This document shows, piece after piece, positions 16,626 to 26,087 of a stretch of DNA of 32,000 nucleotides. The position numbers and the translations under genes are program-made. Position 1 is the stretch's first letter. Each line of letters starts with the position of its first letter. The notes below the pieces were generated by a model. It worked only from the letters and a program-made list of their open reading frames with translations. It was not told the origin of the DNA and did not search any database. The stretch is taken from assembly GCF_036323395.1 (NCBI RefSeq), contig NZ_AP028907.1, positions 450,001 to 482,000 on the forward strand. The letters are read 5' to 3'. This DNA is from Pyrodictium abyssi. GTDB taxonomy: Archaea; Thermoproteota; Thermoprotei_A; Sulfolobales; Pyrodictiaceae.

Positions 16626-18275
16626 CTAGGGGGCGCCGGTCAGTGGAGCTGTGGGCAGCATCATAGGGGCTATCACTAGCCGCGATATAATCTCCATGGC
16701 CTTTACGCCCGCTACGGTCACCACCGAGAGCACTGCCATGTGGAAGAGCGATGACTCCAGGATGCTCCCCCTGACATACGCAATTATCACGGAGTTTACG
16801 AGGGCCAGCATGGCCAGGAAAGCGGAGACCAGCCATGTTATAGTGCTTAGGTCTGGCAGGGTTATGGTAAACGGGAGGTAGCCCACAGCGCTGCTCTGGG
16901 AGAGGGAGCCCAAGGCCTCATAGTAGTGCCCGAACAACGCCAATATGTTTATTATGGCTGATGTTATCGCAGCTACAAGCGCCTGCATAAGGTACACCAC
17001 GGCCTCGAAGGTGCGGGCTACCCGCGACCTATCAGCCCGTAGATCGCTAAGACGGATAAACAGGTCGCTGAGGATGAGCCCCGTCTCCGCAGGGTCGCCG
17101 CCGGCTTCAACAGCGTCTACGAATACATTGTTGCCTCTCACTACATCACTGTTGCTCGTCTCGAGGCTAAGGTACCGGAAGGCTGTGCGCGGCTCCACGC
17201 CATTGGTCACCCTGGCGTAGAGCCTTCTAGCGTATACTGTCAGCGGGCCGTACTCCGCCGAGAGTACAGAGGAGAGCGCGCCCGCGTAGCTCGGGATTAC
17301 CGAGTACGTGAGGCCGAGGCTCCGGACGAACACCTGGTAGAAAGACCCCAGCCTAGCTATATAGCCTTCTACGCGTATAGCGTAGAAGCCCGGGATGAGC
17401 GCAGGGAGCGCTAGGCCTAGAATCGTGTAGCTCGGGTCCCCGGTAGCAAGGTACACCGCGGCCCCCCCGAGAGCTGAGAGCACGAGCCCGCCCCTTGTCA
17501 GCATCCTGAGCCTCGCCAGCGAGCGGTTCATAGAGGCGGCGCCGCGATAGACTACGGGGTCTCTAGGCGCAATATACCGTGCAGCGACGGCGAACACCGT
17601 TATCACGGCAAGGAGCGCGGTCATGGAGGCGGCCATGCTCCAGGTACTGCCCCCCATGAACACTGCCAGTACGGTAAACGTGAGGATTACGAACATCGAT
17701 GCGCTCATAAGGGTGGCGTAGAGCCCTAGGAATATCCTAAGCAGCTCTATAGACCTCATATAGCTGCTAGTGAACTGCCGCACAGAGGTGTCGAGCTCCA
17801 CACGGAGAAACTTGACCACGTCATCACCGGTTCTTAGGACCTCGCTTAGCCTGGTGAGGAAGTCGCGGAGATACCGGTTCGGAGCCTGTTTAGCGACGAG
17901 CCGTGTCGCCCGGACAAACCCGTAGCCCCACTCCACGGCCAGCACTGCTATGCGGCTCAGTGCCCGCCCATAGGCGCCGTAGTCCCCTACCAGGGGCCTT
18001 AGCTCGAAGAGGCGCCTCCTCTCGGGCCTACCCGTGGCCACGGCATACATGTGAGCCATCACGAATAGTAGGTCTATGTCGAGTCCTCCAGCGGCCCTCC
18101 TAGCAGCGGGCACTAGGACGCGCAGGAGAACCACCGGTAGGGGCAGTACTAGCCCTAGGTAGCCGAAGGGACCCGGCACCAGGATAGCCATCACGGCGGC
18201 TAGTACGAGGCCCGCGAGCACCACCGGGTCGAGTAGGATCCTTGAGGCGGGCTCGCCGCGCACGGCTGCTAGCAC
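16626..18275 (-). CDS. arlJ: Archaellum assembly membrane platform protein ArlJ (FlaJ)
   Basis: 549-aa polytopic GspF-type protein directly downstream of arlI in a crenarchaeal arl-order cluster. Confidence 0.82.
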   Translation of the reverse strand: MLAAVRGEPASRILLDPVVLAGLVLAAVMAILVPGPFGYLGLVLPLPVVLLRVLVPAARRAAGGLDIDLLFVMAHMYAVATGRPERRRLFELRPLVGDYGAYGRALSRIAVLAVEWGYGFVRATRLVAKQAPNRYLRDFLTRLSEVLRTGDDVVKFLRVELDTSVRQFTSSYMRSIELLRIFLGLYATLMSASMFVILTFTVLAVFMGGSTWSMAASMTALLAVITVFAVAARYIAPRDPVVYRGAASMNRSLARLRMLTRGGLVLSALGGAAVYLATGDPSYTILGLALPALIPGFYAIRVEGYIARLGSFYQVFVRSLGLTYSVIPSYAGALSSVLSAEYGPLTVYARRLYARVTNGVEPRTAFRYLSLETSNSDVVRGNNVFVDAVEAGGDPAETGLILSDLFIRLSDLRADRSRVARTFEAVVYLMQALVAAITSAIINILALFGHYYEALGSLSQSSAVGYLPFTITLPDLSTITWLVSAFLAMLALVNSVIIAYVRGSILESSLFHMAVLSVVTVAGVKAMEIISRLVIAPMMLPTAPLTGAP

Positions 18276-18284
18276 CCGGCAGCG

Positions 18285-20051
18285 CTACTTTATTAGCTCG
18301 CCGCGCTGTATCCTGCTAAGGGCTTCCTCGAGGGCCTCTACCACCGCGTAGGGGGCCTCCTCCTTGCTGACGCGGCGCGCGTGCTCTACTGTGAGCGCGT
18401 GTATCCTAGCCAGCGTGCGGAACACCTGGTAGTAGTTGAACACCTTTCTCTCTATCATGGCCCTTATTATCCGCGCTCTCAGCTCCAGCTCGTCGTATAT
18501 TATGAACATGTTCCGCCTAGAGAGGCCGCGTTTCACGCCTATCTTCTCCTCGAGGAGATAGCTGGTGCCCCTTCCGCGGAACGTGAAGCGGTCGCTAACA
18601 GGGTCCCAGGTGAAGGTGGGGACGTAGAGCGTCGAGCCGCTTTTCGGGTCGTACCCCATGATCTCGTTGACGCTGAGCACTCTGCGTACGAGCACGCCTT
18701 CGCGGTAGACGGCGCTCTGTATGACCACGAAGTTCAGATTGTCTAGCTGCGATTTGGGGACGTTTATCGGGGGAGATGTGAGCCTCTGTACGAGCCTCTC
18801 GACGCTCGCAGCGTGGAAGGTGGCTAGGACTGGGTGGCCTGTCTGCATCGCCTGGAACGCTATAAGACCCTCCGCCCCGCGTATCTCGCCGACGATTATG
18901 TAGTTAGGCCTCTGGCGGAGCGCGGCCTTGAGCAGGTCGAACATGGTTACGCTGGTCTCTGGGCTCCCCGTGTCGCGCGTGAGCTCCCGCACCCAGTTGG
19001 GGTGCGGCACGTTCAGCTCAGCAGTGTCCTCTATAGTCACTATCTTAGCGGTAGGGTTTATGAACGCCACGATAGCGTTGAGTGTGGTGGTCTTGCCGGA
19101 GGCTGTCTCGCCGGATACGAAGCCGCTGTTCCCCTCGAGTAGGAGCATCCACAGGTAGGCCGCTATGCGCTCGTCGAAGGTGTTCCAGCTAACGAGCTGC
19201 GTCACGCTCAGCGGTATCTTGGCGACACGGCGTATGGTGAAGTTGCTGCCCTGGAGGCTCACGTCTGTGCCGAAGACTATGTTTATCCTGCTGCCGTCGG
19301 GCAGCGTGGCGTCCACTATGGGCCTCGCGTGGCTCACGGGCTTCCCTATCCTCTCGCTAAGCTCTATGATGAACTTGTCGAGCTCCTCGTGGGTCTCGAA
19401 GCGGAGGCTTGTCTCGAGGGGGCCGAACACCTTATGGACTATGTATATGTTCCCGACGCCGGGGCAGGAGATGTCCTCTATGTAGGGATCCTTCAGCACG
19501 GGCTCCAGTATGCCTAACCCAGCCTTGTCCCTCAGCAGGTAGTACACCAGGTTCCTATAGTGCGCCTGGTAGACGGGCACCCTCCTAAGGCTGTGCACCC
19601 GGGGCAGCAGGGCACGGTAGTCCACGGGGCGGGGTACCCTCTCGGCTATCTCGCCCAGCTTCCGGAGCAGTATCCGCCTCCGCTCCTCCAGATCCCTCGC
19701 CACGTCGTTCTCTGTTATGACCGAGGCGAGCTTCTCCTCTACTAGGGCGAACAGCTCCCGGGGAGGCCTCTCCGGCTCCACAGCCACGTACTTCCTGTAC
19801 CCCGACTCACCGCCCCCCGGGGGCGTGTAGATGTGGATGAATATGCCAGCCTCCTCGTCCACCACGTACATGACGTTCAGCCTGGCGGCTTTCCGGAGGC
19901 TCCTCGGCAGCTCCCTCCCGTAGTACGCGGGAACGCCTACCCTCGCGGCGACAGCCCTAAGATAGCGGGCTAGGTGGGGGAACCTCCGCGCCAGCCTCCT
20001 CAGCTCCCCCGCCTCAGCGGCCTGCAGTGCGGCAGCCGCCATAGACGCCAC
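18285..20051 (-). CDS. arlI: Archaellum motor ATPase ArlI (FlaI)
   Basis: PYIEDISCPGVGNIYIVHKVFG, SGFVSGETASGKTTTLNAIVAFI, KIVTIEDTAELNVPHPNWVRE, MQTGHPVLATFHA. Confidence 0.92.
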   Translation of the reverse strand: MASMAAAALQAAEAGELRRLARRFPHLARYLRAVAARVGVPAYYGRELPRSLRKAARLNVMYVVDEEAGIFIHIYTPPGGGESGYRKYVAVEPERPPRELFALVEEKLASVITENDVARDLEERRRILLRKLGEIAERVPRPVDYRALLPRVHSLRRVPVYQAHYRNLVYYLLRDKAGLGILEPVLKDPYIEDISCPGVGNIYIVHKVFGPLETSLRFETHEELDKFIIELSERIGKPVSHARPIVDATLPDGSRINIVFGTDVSLQGSNFTIRRVAKIPLSVTQLVSWNTFDERIAAYLWMLLLEGNSGFVSGETASGKTTTLNAIVAFINPTAKIVTIEDTAELNVPHPNWVRELTRDTGSPETSVTMFDLLKAALRQRPNYIIVGEIRGAEGLIAFQAMQTGHPVLATFHAASVERLVQRLTSPPINVPKSQLDNLNFVVIQSAVYREGVLVRRVLSVNEIMGYDPKSGSTLYVPTFTWDPVSDRFTFRGRGTSYLLEEKIGVKRGLSRRNMFIIYDELELRARIIRAMIERKVFNYYQVFRTLARIHALTVEHARRVSKEEAPYAVVEALEEALSRIQRGELIK

Positions 20052-20055
20052 CCCG

Positions 20056-20766
20056 CTAGGACTGAGCGAGCACTATAGGCACAATCTTTATCCCGAAGGC
20101 TGGGTCCACGTCGAATGCTACGCTCCCCTCAACCACGTCGGGGGCGCCCCGCGCCTTCACCACCCGGAGCACCCGCACCTGCTTGCCGCCAACGCTGGCG
20201 AGGCCCAGGCTGTAGTAGACATCGGCGGCCGCACGCAGCTCCAGCATAGCAGGCTCTCCGAGGACACCGGGATGCACCGTAGCGATGAACGAGACCCCGC
20301 GGGCCACGAGCCTGCGCGCCACGTAGACGAGCCTGCCCACAGCGCTGTCCCCAGCAGCGAGGGGGGTGAGAGAGTCCACGGCAATGGCGTCGAAGCCGCT
20401 GGCCCTCTCCGCCCAGGAGAGCAGCCGCTGCAGCAACACTCCGGGGGGCTCGTGCCTCACAGTGTAGGTGCTGTACACCCTAAGCGAGCCCTTCACGAAG
20501 TAGCGGACTAGGTCTATCCGCACACCCCGTGCCTGGAGGAGCAGGTGCCGCGCCGTGGACTCTGTAGTGAACAGCGCCACGCGGAGCCCCGAGGAGAGCA
20601 TGCCATAGGCTATCTGCAGCACGAGGGTCGTCTTAGCGGTGCCGTTACCCCCCTCCACAACTATGAAGGCTGGGTGCGGGACGCCGCCGCCTATACGGCT
20701 GTCCAGCTCCTCATTCCCAGTGCTGACTACCCGTATCACCCAGCTAGCCGGGGACAGGGAGCGCAT
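20056..20766 (-). CDS. arlH: Archaellum ATPase ArlH (FlaH), KaiC/RecA-like
   Basis: VVSTGNEELDSRIGGGVPHPAFIVVEGGNGTAKTTLVLQIAYGML; FDAIAVDSLTPL Walker B; position between arlF and arlI. Confidence 0.87.
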   Translation of the reverse strand: MRSLSPASWVIRVVSTGNEELDSRIGGGVPHPAFIVVEGGNGTAKTTLVLQIAYGMLSSGLRVALFTTESTARHLLLQARGVRIDLVRYFVKGSLRVYSTYTVRHEPPGVLLQRLLSWAERASGFDAIAVDSLTPLAAGDSAVGRLVYVARRLVARGVSFIATVHPGVLGEPAMLELRAAADVYYSLGLASVGGKQVRVLRVVKARGAPDVVEGSVAFDVDPAFGIKIVPIVLAQS

Positions 20767-21253
20767 AGCTGCAGCACACCCCCTCGCCGCTGCACACGAC
20801 GAGCCTAACCACCGAGCCGGGGTCGGGGGTGAGCGTCAAGTTGATCGCGAGCACCGCGGACTCGCCCGGCATTAGGGTGGCCGTGGAGCCCGGCCTAGCG
20901 CTGTAGGCCCTCCCACCCACGACCCTGTAGAGCACCCTCAGCCCCGCACCGTAGGGGAGCACATCGTGCCTGGTCACCCTGCCGCTGGTGTACACCGCCA
21001 CGGCTACCGCCCCCTCCCCTAGGCTGACCTCTACAGAGCCCTGGTTCTCCACGGTAACGTTGAGAGCCCCGCCCTCGATGGACGCGCCTACTACTGCTAG
21101 CTTCGCGCGGGCCCGGTACTCCAGGTACCCTGCGAGATCCCGGGCCTCCTCGAGGAACACAGTAGCATAGCCCGTCCAGGCCTCCACGAGCACCAGGGCG
21201 GCTGATACGAGGACTAGTACGCCGATAGCAGCGCCTATAGCGGCTGCCGACAA
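20744..21253 (-). CDS. arlF: ArlF-like archaellar stator/pilin-like protein
   Basis: N-terminal hydrophobic helix AIGVLVLVSAALVLVEAW, beta-rich C-terminus; position in the arl cluster. Confidence 0.65.
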   Translation of the reverse strand: MSAAAIGAAIGVLVLVSAALVLVEAWTGYATVFLEEARDLAGYLEYRARAKLAVVGASIEGGALNVTVENQGSVEVSLGEGAVAVAVYTSGRVTRHDVLPYGAGLRVLYRVVGGRAYSARPGSTATLMPGESAVLAINLTLTPDPGSVVRLVVCSGEGVCCSYALPVPG

Positions 21254-21260
21254 GCTCCTC

Positions 21261-21749
21261 TCACCCCGTGTAGCCCGCTTCGAGCCGGGACCCGCTAGGC
21301 AGCACCATCACTACCCGGTAGGGCGGCTCCACGCCTAGCGGCGGGCAGGCCTTCACCTCAAGGGTCTCCCGCTGCTCCCAGACCCCGTTAGGATTCTCGA
21401 TCTCCCGGTAGCTCCAGCAGCCCAGGCCCTGAGAGCAGTAGTCCATGTACTCTAGGAGGAAGGTCTCCGAGCCGTTGCCGAGGATGAGGGTAGCGTCCTC
21501 CACGCCCGCTATAGGCGCCTCGCCCACGTTCTTCAGGAACAGGTAGTGGCAGCCATCGCTCTCGTTGACGAAACCGTACACGAACACGGCCCGCTCCGAG
21601 AGCCCCCGCGCGGCGGCAGCGCTAGCCGAGGCTATGCGCCCGCCCAGGTAGGAGGCGTTGTACAGTATAGCGCTCGCCACTATCATAGTGGCTGTCACAG
21701 CGGCTATCACTAGTATGGCCTCCGCTATCGGTGTCGAGACTCCTCTCAA
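21261..21749 (-). CDS. arlG: ArlG-like archaellar stator protein
   Basis: MRGVSTPIAEAILVIAAVTATMIVASAIL archaellin-like N-terminus; beta-rich C-terminus; synteny. Confidence 0.68.
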   Translation of the reverse strand: MRGVSTPIAEAILVIAAVTATMIVASAILYNASYLGGRIASASAAAARGLSERAVFVYGFVNESDGCHYLFLKNVGEAPIAGVEDATLILGNGSETFLLEYMDYCSQGLGCWSYREIENPNGVWEQRETLEVKACPPLGVEPPYRVVMVLPSGSRLEAGYTG

Positions 21750-22405
21750 CCCCGCCTCTCCCCCAGAGCAGCCAGAGCGAGGGCGACACGCGGCTCCAAC
21801 CCCCTCTCCCTAGCCCGCTCGACAGCACGGGCTATGGCCGTGATACGCCTGGCCTCCTCCTCGGAGAGCACCCCGGCCCTAACGTACTCCCTCACTATCT
21901 CCTCAACGACGCCGGCCCCGCTCCTCTCCACGATCTCGCCGAGCGCCCTGATTGCGGCCTGAAGCCCCCCGTTGCCAGCAGTACCCGCCGGCCCGGCTAG
22001 GGGGTTGGAGGCCTCCGAGAGGGCCTCCCGCAGCTCGAGCACCACAGCCTCCACGCTGGAGACAAGCCCCTTGACCTCGTCGTGCAGCTTGTCCAGCTTC
22101 CCCTCGACGCCGGAGAGCCTCTCGAGGACGCTCCTAGCGCTCTCCTGGACCGCGCTCCTCACAGCGTCCACCACGTTCTCCGCCACCTTCTCCGCGACTT
22201 CGTCCACAGAGGGCACAGCCGCCGTCACCCCCACGGCCTCCTCCTGGGCCTCCACCTCCGGGCCAGCCTCCTCCCCCGCGGGCTCGCTAGCCTCCTCCGC
22301 CCCGGGCTCCGGGGACGGCCCGGGGCCCGCCTCCCCGCCGGCTCTACGCACAAGCGGCCACACGAGCAGCCTACAGATAGGGCAGCTACACCTCCATGCA
22401 GCCAT
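21746..22405 (-). CDS. ArlX-like (crenarchaeal archaellum accessory) protein; positional assignment
   Basis: Located between arlB and arlG as in crenarchaeal arl B-X-G-F-H-I-J order; predicted coiled-coil/helical core VEGKLDKLHDEVKGLVSSVEAVVLELREALSEA. Confidence 0.5.
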   Translation of the reverse strand: MAAWRCSCPICRLLVWPLVRRAGGEAGPGPSPEPGAEEASEPAGEEAGPEVEAQEEAVGVTAAVPSVDEVAEKVAENVVDAVRSAVQESARSVLERLSGVEGKLDKLHDEVKGLVSSVEAVVLELREALSEASNPLAGPAGTAGNGGLQAAIRALGEIVERSGAGVVEEIVREYVRAGVLSEEEARRITAIARAVERARERGLEPRVALALAALGERRG

Positions 22406-22449
22406 GCAGCAGCGCCACCCCCTCGCCCCGGATGCACCCCTCCCCGGGG

Positions 22450-22743
22450 CTAGGCCCCCCGGAGGCTAGCAGCGCCCACGACGAGCCAGTGCAGGCCTAG
22501 CGCCAGCGCTAGCAAGCCCCCGCCCAGAGCCGCGTAGCCGCCCCCCAGCTCCCCCTCGAGCACCGCGTAGAGCACAAGCCCTCCTATCAGCGCCAGCACA
22601 GCGCCTATAGCCGTGAACACCGCGACAACCGCTCTCCCGCCCAAGGCTACGACAGCCTCCGCAAGGCAGCTGGAAAATGGTGCGCGGCCCGCTCGGCCGC
22701 GCCACGCGGAAAAACAGTGGGGCCGGGCTCCGGGGCTAGGCAC
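22450..22743 (-). CDS. Small two-TM membrane protein in the arl cluster (true start may be internal)
   Basis: VVAVFTAIGAVLALIGGLVLYAVLEGELGGGYAALGGGLLALALGLHWLVVGAASL. Confidence 0.55.
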   Translation of the reverse strand: MPSPGARPHCFSAWRGRAGRAPFSSCLAEAVVALGGRAVVAVFTAIGAVLALIGGLVLYAVLEGELGGGYAALGGGLLALALGLHWLVVGAASLRGA

Positions 22744-22753
22744 GGCCCACGGT

Positions 22754-23386
22754 CTAGCCGCCTACGATGAGGTCCACGAAGTCGCTGGTGAGTACCGGCG
22801 GTATCTCGTACCTCACGACCAGCGGCGCGCCTACCGGCGGCTTGATCTCTATCTGCACCTTGCTGTAAGGCGGGAGACCGTTAGTATCAGTAACGTTCAC
22901 CGCAAGCAGCATTACCTCACCAGGCTCTAGTAGTGTATTGTTGTTACCCTGGGCAGCGATCCATATGGCTTTGTAGGCTTGGACATTGTTTACAGCAGTT
23001 AGGTTTGTGGTATTGGTTATGTATATGTTTCCGTTTGCATCACGCTGTACTATATTGGCATTTGCGATGCTTGTGCCGTTTGGCTTTTGCACCAGCAGTG
23101 ATACTACTGTCTTATCTAGGTCTATTGGGTTAGTGCCTGCGGTGAGCTTTACCGGGAGGAATATCATGGTGGCCTGTCTCTCGCCGCTTATGGTCTGGAC
23201 CTCAGCTATGGCGTTACCTGCTACGTCTAGCGCTCTGGTGGCGGAGTCGTAGGCCTTGGCCATTACTTCTTTGCTCTTCTGGCTGGCGAACATGCCCATG
23301 TTTATCGCCACGAATGCTAGCGCGCTCGCCACTAGTACGAAGGCTATTAGGACGATCGCGGCCTCTATACCCACTATGGCTCTCAC
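22754..23386 (-). CDS. arlB: Archaellin
   Basis: MRAIV|GIEAAIVLIAFVLVASALAFVAINMGMFASQKSKEVMAKAYDSA, class III signal peptide and crenarchaeal archaellin N-terminus; several N-X-S/T sequons (NGT, NTT, NLT, NNT, NVT). Confidence 0.92.
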   Translation of the reverse strand: MRAIVGIEAAIVLIAFVLVASALAFVAINMGMFASQKSKEVMAKAYDSATRALDVAGNAIAEVQTISGERQATMIFLPVKLTAGTNPIDLDKTVVSLLVQKPNGTSIANANIVQRDANGNIYITNTTNLTAVNNVQAYKAIWIAAQGNNNTLLEPGEVMLLAVNVTDTNGLPPYSKVQIEIKPPVGAPLVVRYEIPPVLTSDFVDLIVGG

Positions 23387-23720
23387 GCAGGGCTCACCCC
23401 TTGGGGGATCTCACCTTGTGTCTGGTGCTCGGGCCGTGTGGAGAGGCGGCCCGGCTGTTGGGGAAAAGCGACGTGAAGGCCCGGCCGGTTATGAGGCGCG
23501 TTGCGTATAGCCCCAGCGGAGCAGGCTAGGGGGCGGCTAGGTGCGCGGCCCATAGCCCCCGGGGCAAGGGTTAAGAGGGCGGTTCTGCACGATACTACAC
23601 GCGGGACCAGGGGTAGCCCCGGCTGCCGCCCGAGGAGCCGGGCCCGGCAGCATTAATCAGAAACCGTTTCTCCCAACCCGTACCCCGGGCCCCGGCCCGC
23701 CCGCCCGCGGAGGACAACCC

Positions 23721-23927
23721 ATGAAGAAGCGGAGCCTCCTCGCCCGCGCTCTAGGCGTCGTAGCGCTCTTCGCCTCCATAGGGGTCTGGGCGGCTGGCGC
23801 GGCACCAGCCTCTATAGCGTTGCTAGCCGCCGCAGCGCTAGCCGTGCAAGACGGCTTCGAGGAGCCCGCGGCCGCTCTCCCAGGCCAGTGCCTCTCCTGG
23901 GAGCCCTGGAGGTGCGCACTGCTATGA
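23721..23927 (+). CDS. Small hydrophobic (signal/TM) protein coupled to the downstream KaiC-like gene
   Basis: MKKRSLLARALGVVALFASIGVWAAGAAPASIALLAAAALAV...; stop overlaps the KaiC-like ATG as ATGA (23924-23927). Confidence 0.55.
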   Translation: MKKRSLLARALGVVALFASIGVWAAGAAPASIALLAAAALAVQDGFEEPAAALPGQCLSWEPWRCALL

Positions 23928-25399
23928 ACCTGGTGGAGTGGGGGATCGAGGGGCTGGATAAGCTGCTCGGCGGTGTTCCTCGTGGGGCTGTTGTGCTTCT
24001 CGCTGGGAACCCTGGTACTGGTAAGTCTACTTTCGCGGCGAAGTTCCTCTACGAGGGTGCGCGGCGCCTCGGCGAGCCCGGGGTGTACCTCAACTTCGTC
24101 GAGCCCCGCCAGGACTTCCTCAGCCACATGGCCATGCTCGGCATGGACTTCGAAAGCCTCGAAGAGAAGGGACTATTCCACTACGTAGAAGCACTAACAA
24201 TCGTAGACGAGGAGGCTCTTGTGGCTCAGCTGGAGGAGCTCGAGAGCCTCGTGCGCGAGACGGGCGCGAAGAGGCTGGTAGTAGACAGTATAACTGTCAT
24301 AATGCAGCTCGTGAATGGCGTTTCCAAGGCCAGGGAGCTGCTGCAGAACTTCTTCGTTAACGGGCTCAAGCCCCTCGGCGTCACCTCGATACTCATAGCG
24401 GAGCACCCCTACGGGGCCCGCATGGTAGGATACGGCATCGAGGAGTTCATAGTAGACGCCGTCGTTCTGCTCCGCTTCGAGAGCCACGCGGGGAAGATGC
24501 GGAGGGTGCTCGAGCTGCGTAAGGCACGCTGGGCCCCGATATACCAGGTGGAGCTGCCCTTCGAGATACTCCCCGGCAGGGTGGTAGACATTGCTGTGCC
24601 GGAGGAGCCGAAGTCCGTCCCAGCGCCGGTGGGGGAGAGGGTGTACAGCTTCGCAGACATAGCCCGTGCAGCCCGGCGGCCGGGGCGCCAGCCTCTCGTG
24701 CGCACGCTCCTCCCCTCGGGCTCGCCGCTGCCCGTAGAGGTAGCGAGCTCCGTCTACTTTTCGCAGGGCTCGCAGGTGCTCGTACATGTTAGCGAGAGCA
24801 TACACACGAGGTTCCTAGTAGCGTTGCTGGCAGCCACACTCCACGTGTACACCGGGGAGAAGGTGGCGGTATTCAGCTTCAAGTCGGCGCCGTCGCTGCT
24901 GGAGCGGATGACGCGCTGCGTATACTCGATCATGTCGGGTGCAGCGGGCCCCGGAGACGGCATAGTATTCGATGCGGTAAACCCCTCGGCCTACCTGCCG
25001 GAGCACATAGTCTCCCAGCTCCGCGGCCTCGTGGAGAGCGAGAAGCCCTCCCTCCTCTTCCTGGAGGGCATAGAGGGCCTAGAGGAGCTCTACGGTGCAG
25101 CCCTCCACAGCATGATGGTGAACGTGCCCTACATGCTGCGCCGGCTCGGCGTAACCACGCTGTACTTCTACGCCAGCGACGCGGCGCCGCAGGAGAAGCG
25201 CATGCTACGCCTCCTACGCATCGCAGCCGACATGAAGATAGACGTCTACCCACAGGCGCTCGAGACGAAGCTGGACCAGAGAGGCAGGAAGAGGCTCGTG
25301 CAAAAATACCGCATGTGGGTCAAGACGCCGACAGTACGCCTGGAGATAGTTAAGGAGTTCGACATGCAGCCCCTCATGGAGAGGCGCTGCGTCTACTAG
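23924..25399 (+). CDS. KaiC-like two-domain ATPase; second domain lacks a Walker A motif
   Basis: WGIEGLDKLLGGVPRGAVVLLAGNPGTGKSTFAAKFLYEGARR; KRLVVDSITVIMQL; ELRKARWAPIYQVELPFEI; ATG at 23924 preceded by GGAGGTG at 23908. Confidence 0.88.
   Translation: MNLVEWGIEGLDKLLGGVPRGAVVLLAGNPGTGKSTFAAKFLYEGARRLGEPGVYLNFVEPRQDFLSHMAMLGMDFESLEEKGLFHYVEALTIVDEEALVAQLEELESLVRETGAKRLVVDSITVIMQLVNGVSKARELLQNFFVNGLKPLGVTSILIAEHPYGARMVGYGIEEFIVDAVVLLRFESHAGKMRRVLELRKARWAPIYQVELPFEILPGRVVDIAVPEEPKSVPAPVGERVYSFADIARAARRPGRQPLVRTLLPSGSPLPVEVASSVYFSQGSQVLVHVSESIHTRFLVALLAATLHVYTGEKVAVFSFKSAPSLLERMTRCVYSIMSGAAGPGDGIVFDAVNPSAYLPEHIVSQLRGLVESEKPSLLFLEGIEGLEELYGAALHSMMVNVPYMLRRLGVTTLYFYASDAAPQEKRMLRLLRIAADMKIDVYPQALETKLDQRGRKRLVQKYRMWVKTPTVRLEIVKEFDMQPLMERRCVY
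23968..24216 (+). repeat. Perfect 249-bp inverted repeat, left arm (partner 29748..29996)
   Basis: Base-by-base comparison with the reverse complement of 29748-29996 found no differences; sequences diverge immediately outside. Confidence 0.92.
24335..24459 (+). repeat. Second inverted-repeat block, left arm (partner 29505..29629), 1 mismatch
   Basis: 125 bp aligned by eye, a single difference at 24422 (A vs G). Confidence 0.88.
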
Positions 25400-25695
25400 C
25401 GCCTACGCCGCCTGGCCGGCAGCGCGTAGAGCGGAACCCCGTCCACGATCCTCTTCTCCACAAGCCCCTGCCGTACAAGCTTCTTCAGCTTCCTCCAGGC
25501 AACGCTGCGGTGGACGCCTAGCTGCCTCGCTATCTCGCTCGCCCGGAGGGGCCTCCCGGACTCTGCGAGCACTCGTAGAATAGCCTCGTCCCTCTCATCA
25601 AGCCCGTTCTCCCCGACCACCGGCGCCTCGCCGCCCCGCCAGAGTTCCGAGACGATATCGAGTAGCCGGGATACACGGGAACGGAGAGACAGCAA
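25396..25695 (-). CDS. Winged-helix transcriptional regulator (MarR/ArsR-like)
   Basis: LDERDEAILRVLAESGRPLRASEIARQLGVHRSVAWRKLKKLVRQGLVEKRIVDGVPLYALP. Confidence 0.75.
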   Translation of the reverse strand: MLSLRSRVSRLLDIVSELWRGGEAPVVGENGLDERDEAILRVLAESGRPLRASEIARQLGVHRSVAWRKLKKLVRQGLVEKRIVDGVPLYALPARRRRR

Positions 25696-26087
25696 CGCCG
25701 AGACACCGTTCCATACCAGAAGCCAGCACGCCCCTTAGCTACCCGCGCAGAGGCGTATTACGACTCAAGCATAGGAGGATATATAGAGGGCGCGGAGCCT
25801 ACTGGCACGTATTAAAACGGCACTGTGGCAGGCCCACCATGCTAACCTCCGCTAACTATAAACGAGCGACAACAATCCCTACTACACCTGCGGGGCGAGG
25901 GCGGCAGCCGGGGCTACCCCTGGACCCTCGGCGGCGGGGACGGTGACCCCGCGCGTGGGGGAGGCCCCGCCGCCCACGCCTACCCTCTATGCTTCTTGCC
26001 TCCTCTCTCCCAGCACCCGGTCCGCTGCACCCCGGGTTCCCCGCGGGAGCCGCTTATAGACCAGTCTGCACCGGTAAATATGCCGCC

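Noticed and set aside
23657-24127. 156-aa minus ORF between arlB and the KaiC gene, similar to 29776..30036
   Set aside because: The resemblance comes from the shared 249-bp inverted repeat read in shadow frames.
24194-24805. 203-aa minus ORF antisense to the KaiC-like gene
   Set aside because: Antisense shadow frame; the sense frame has clear Walker motifs and paralogs.
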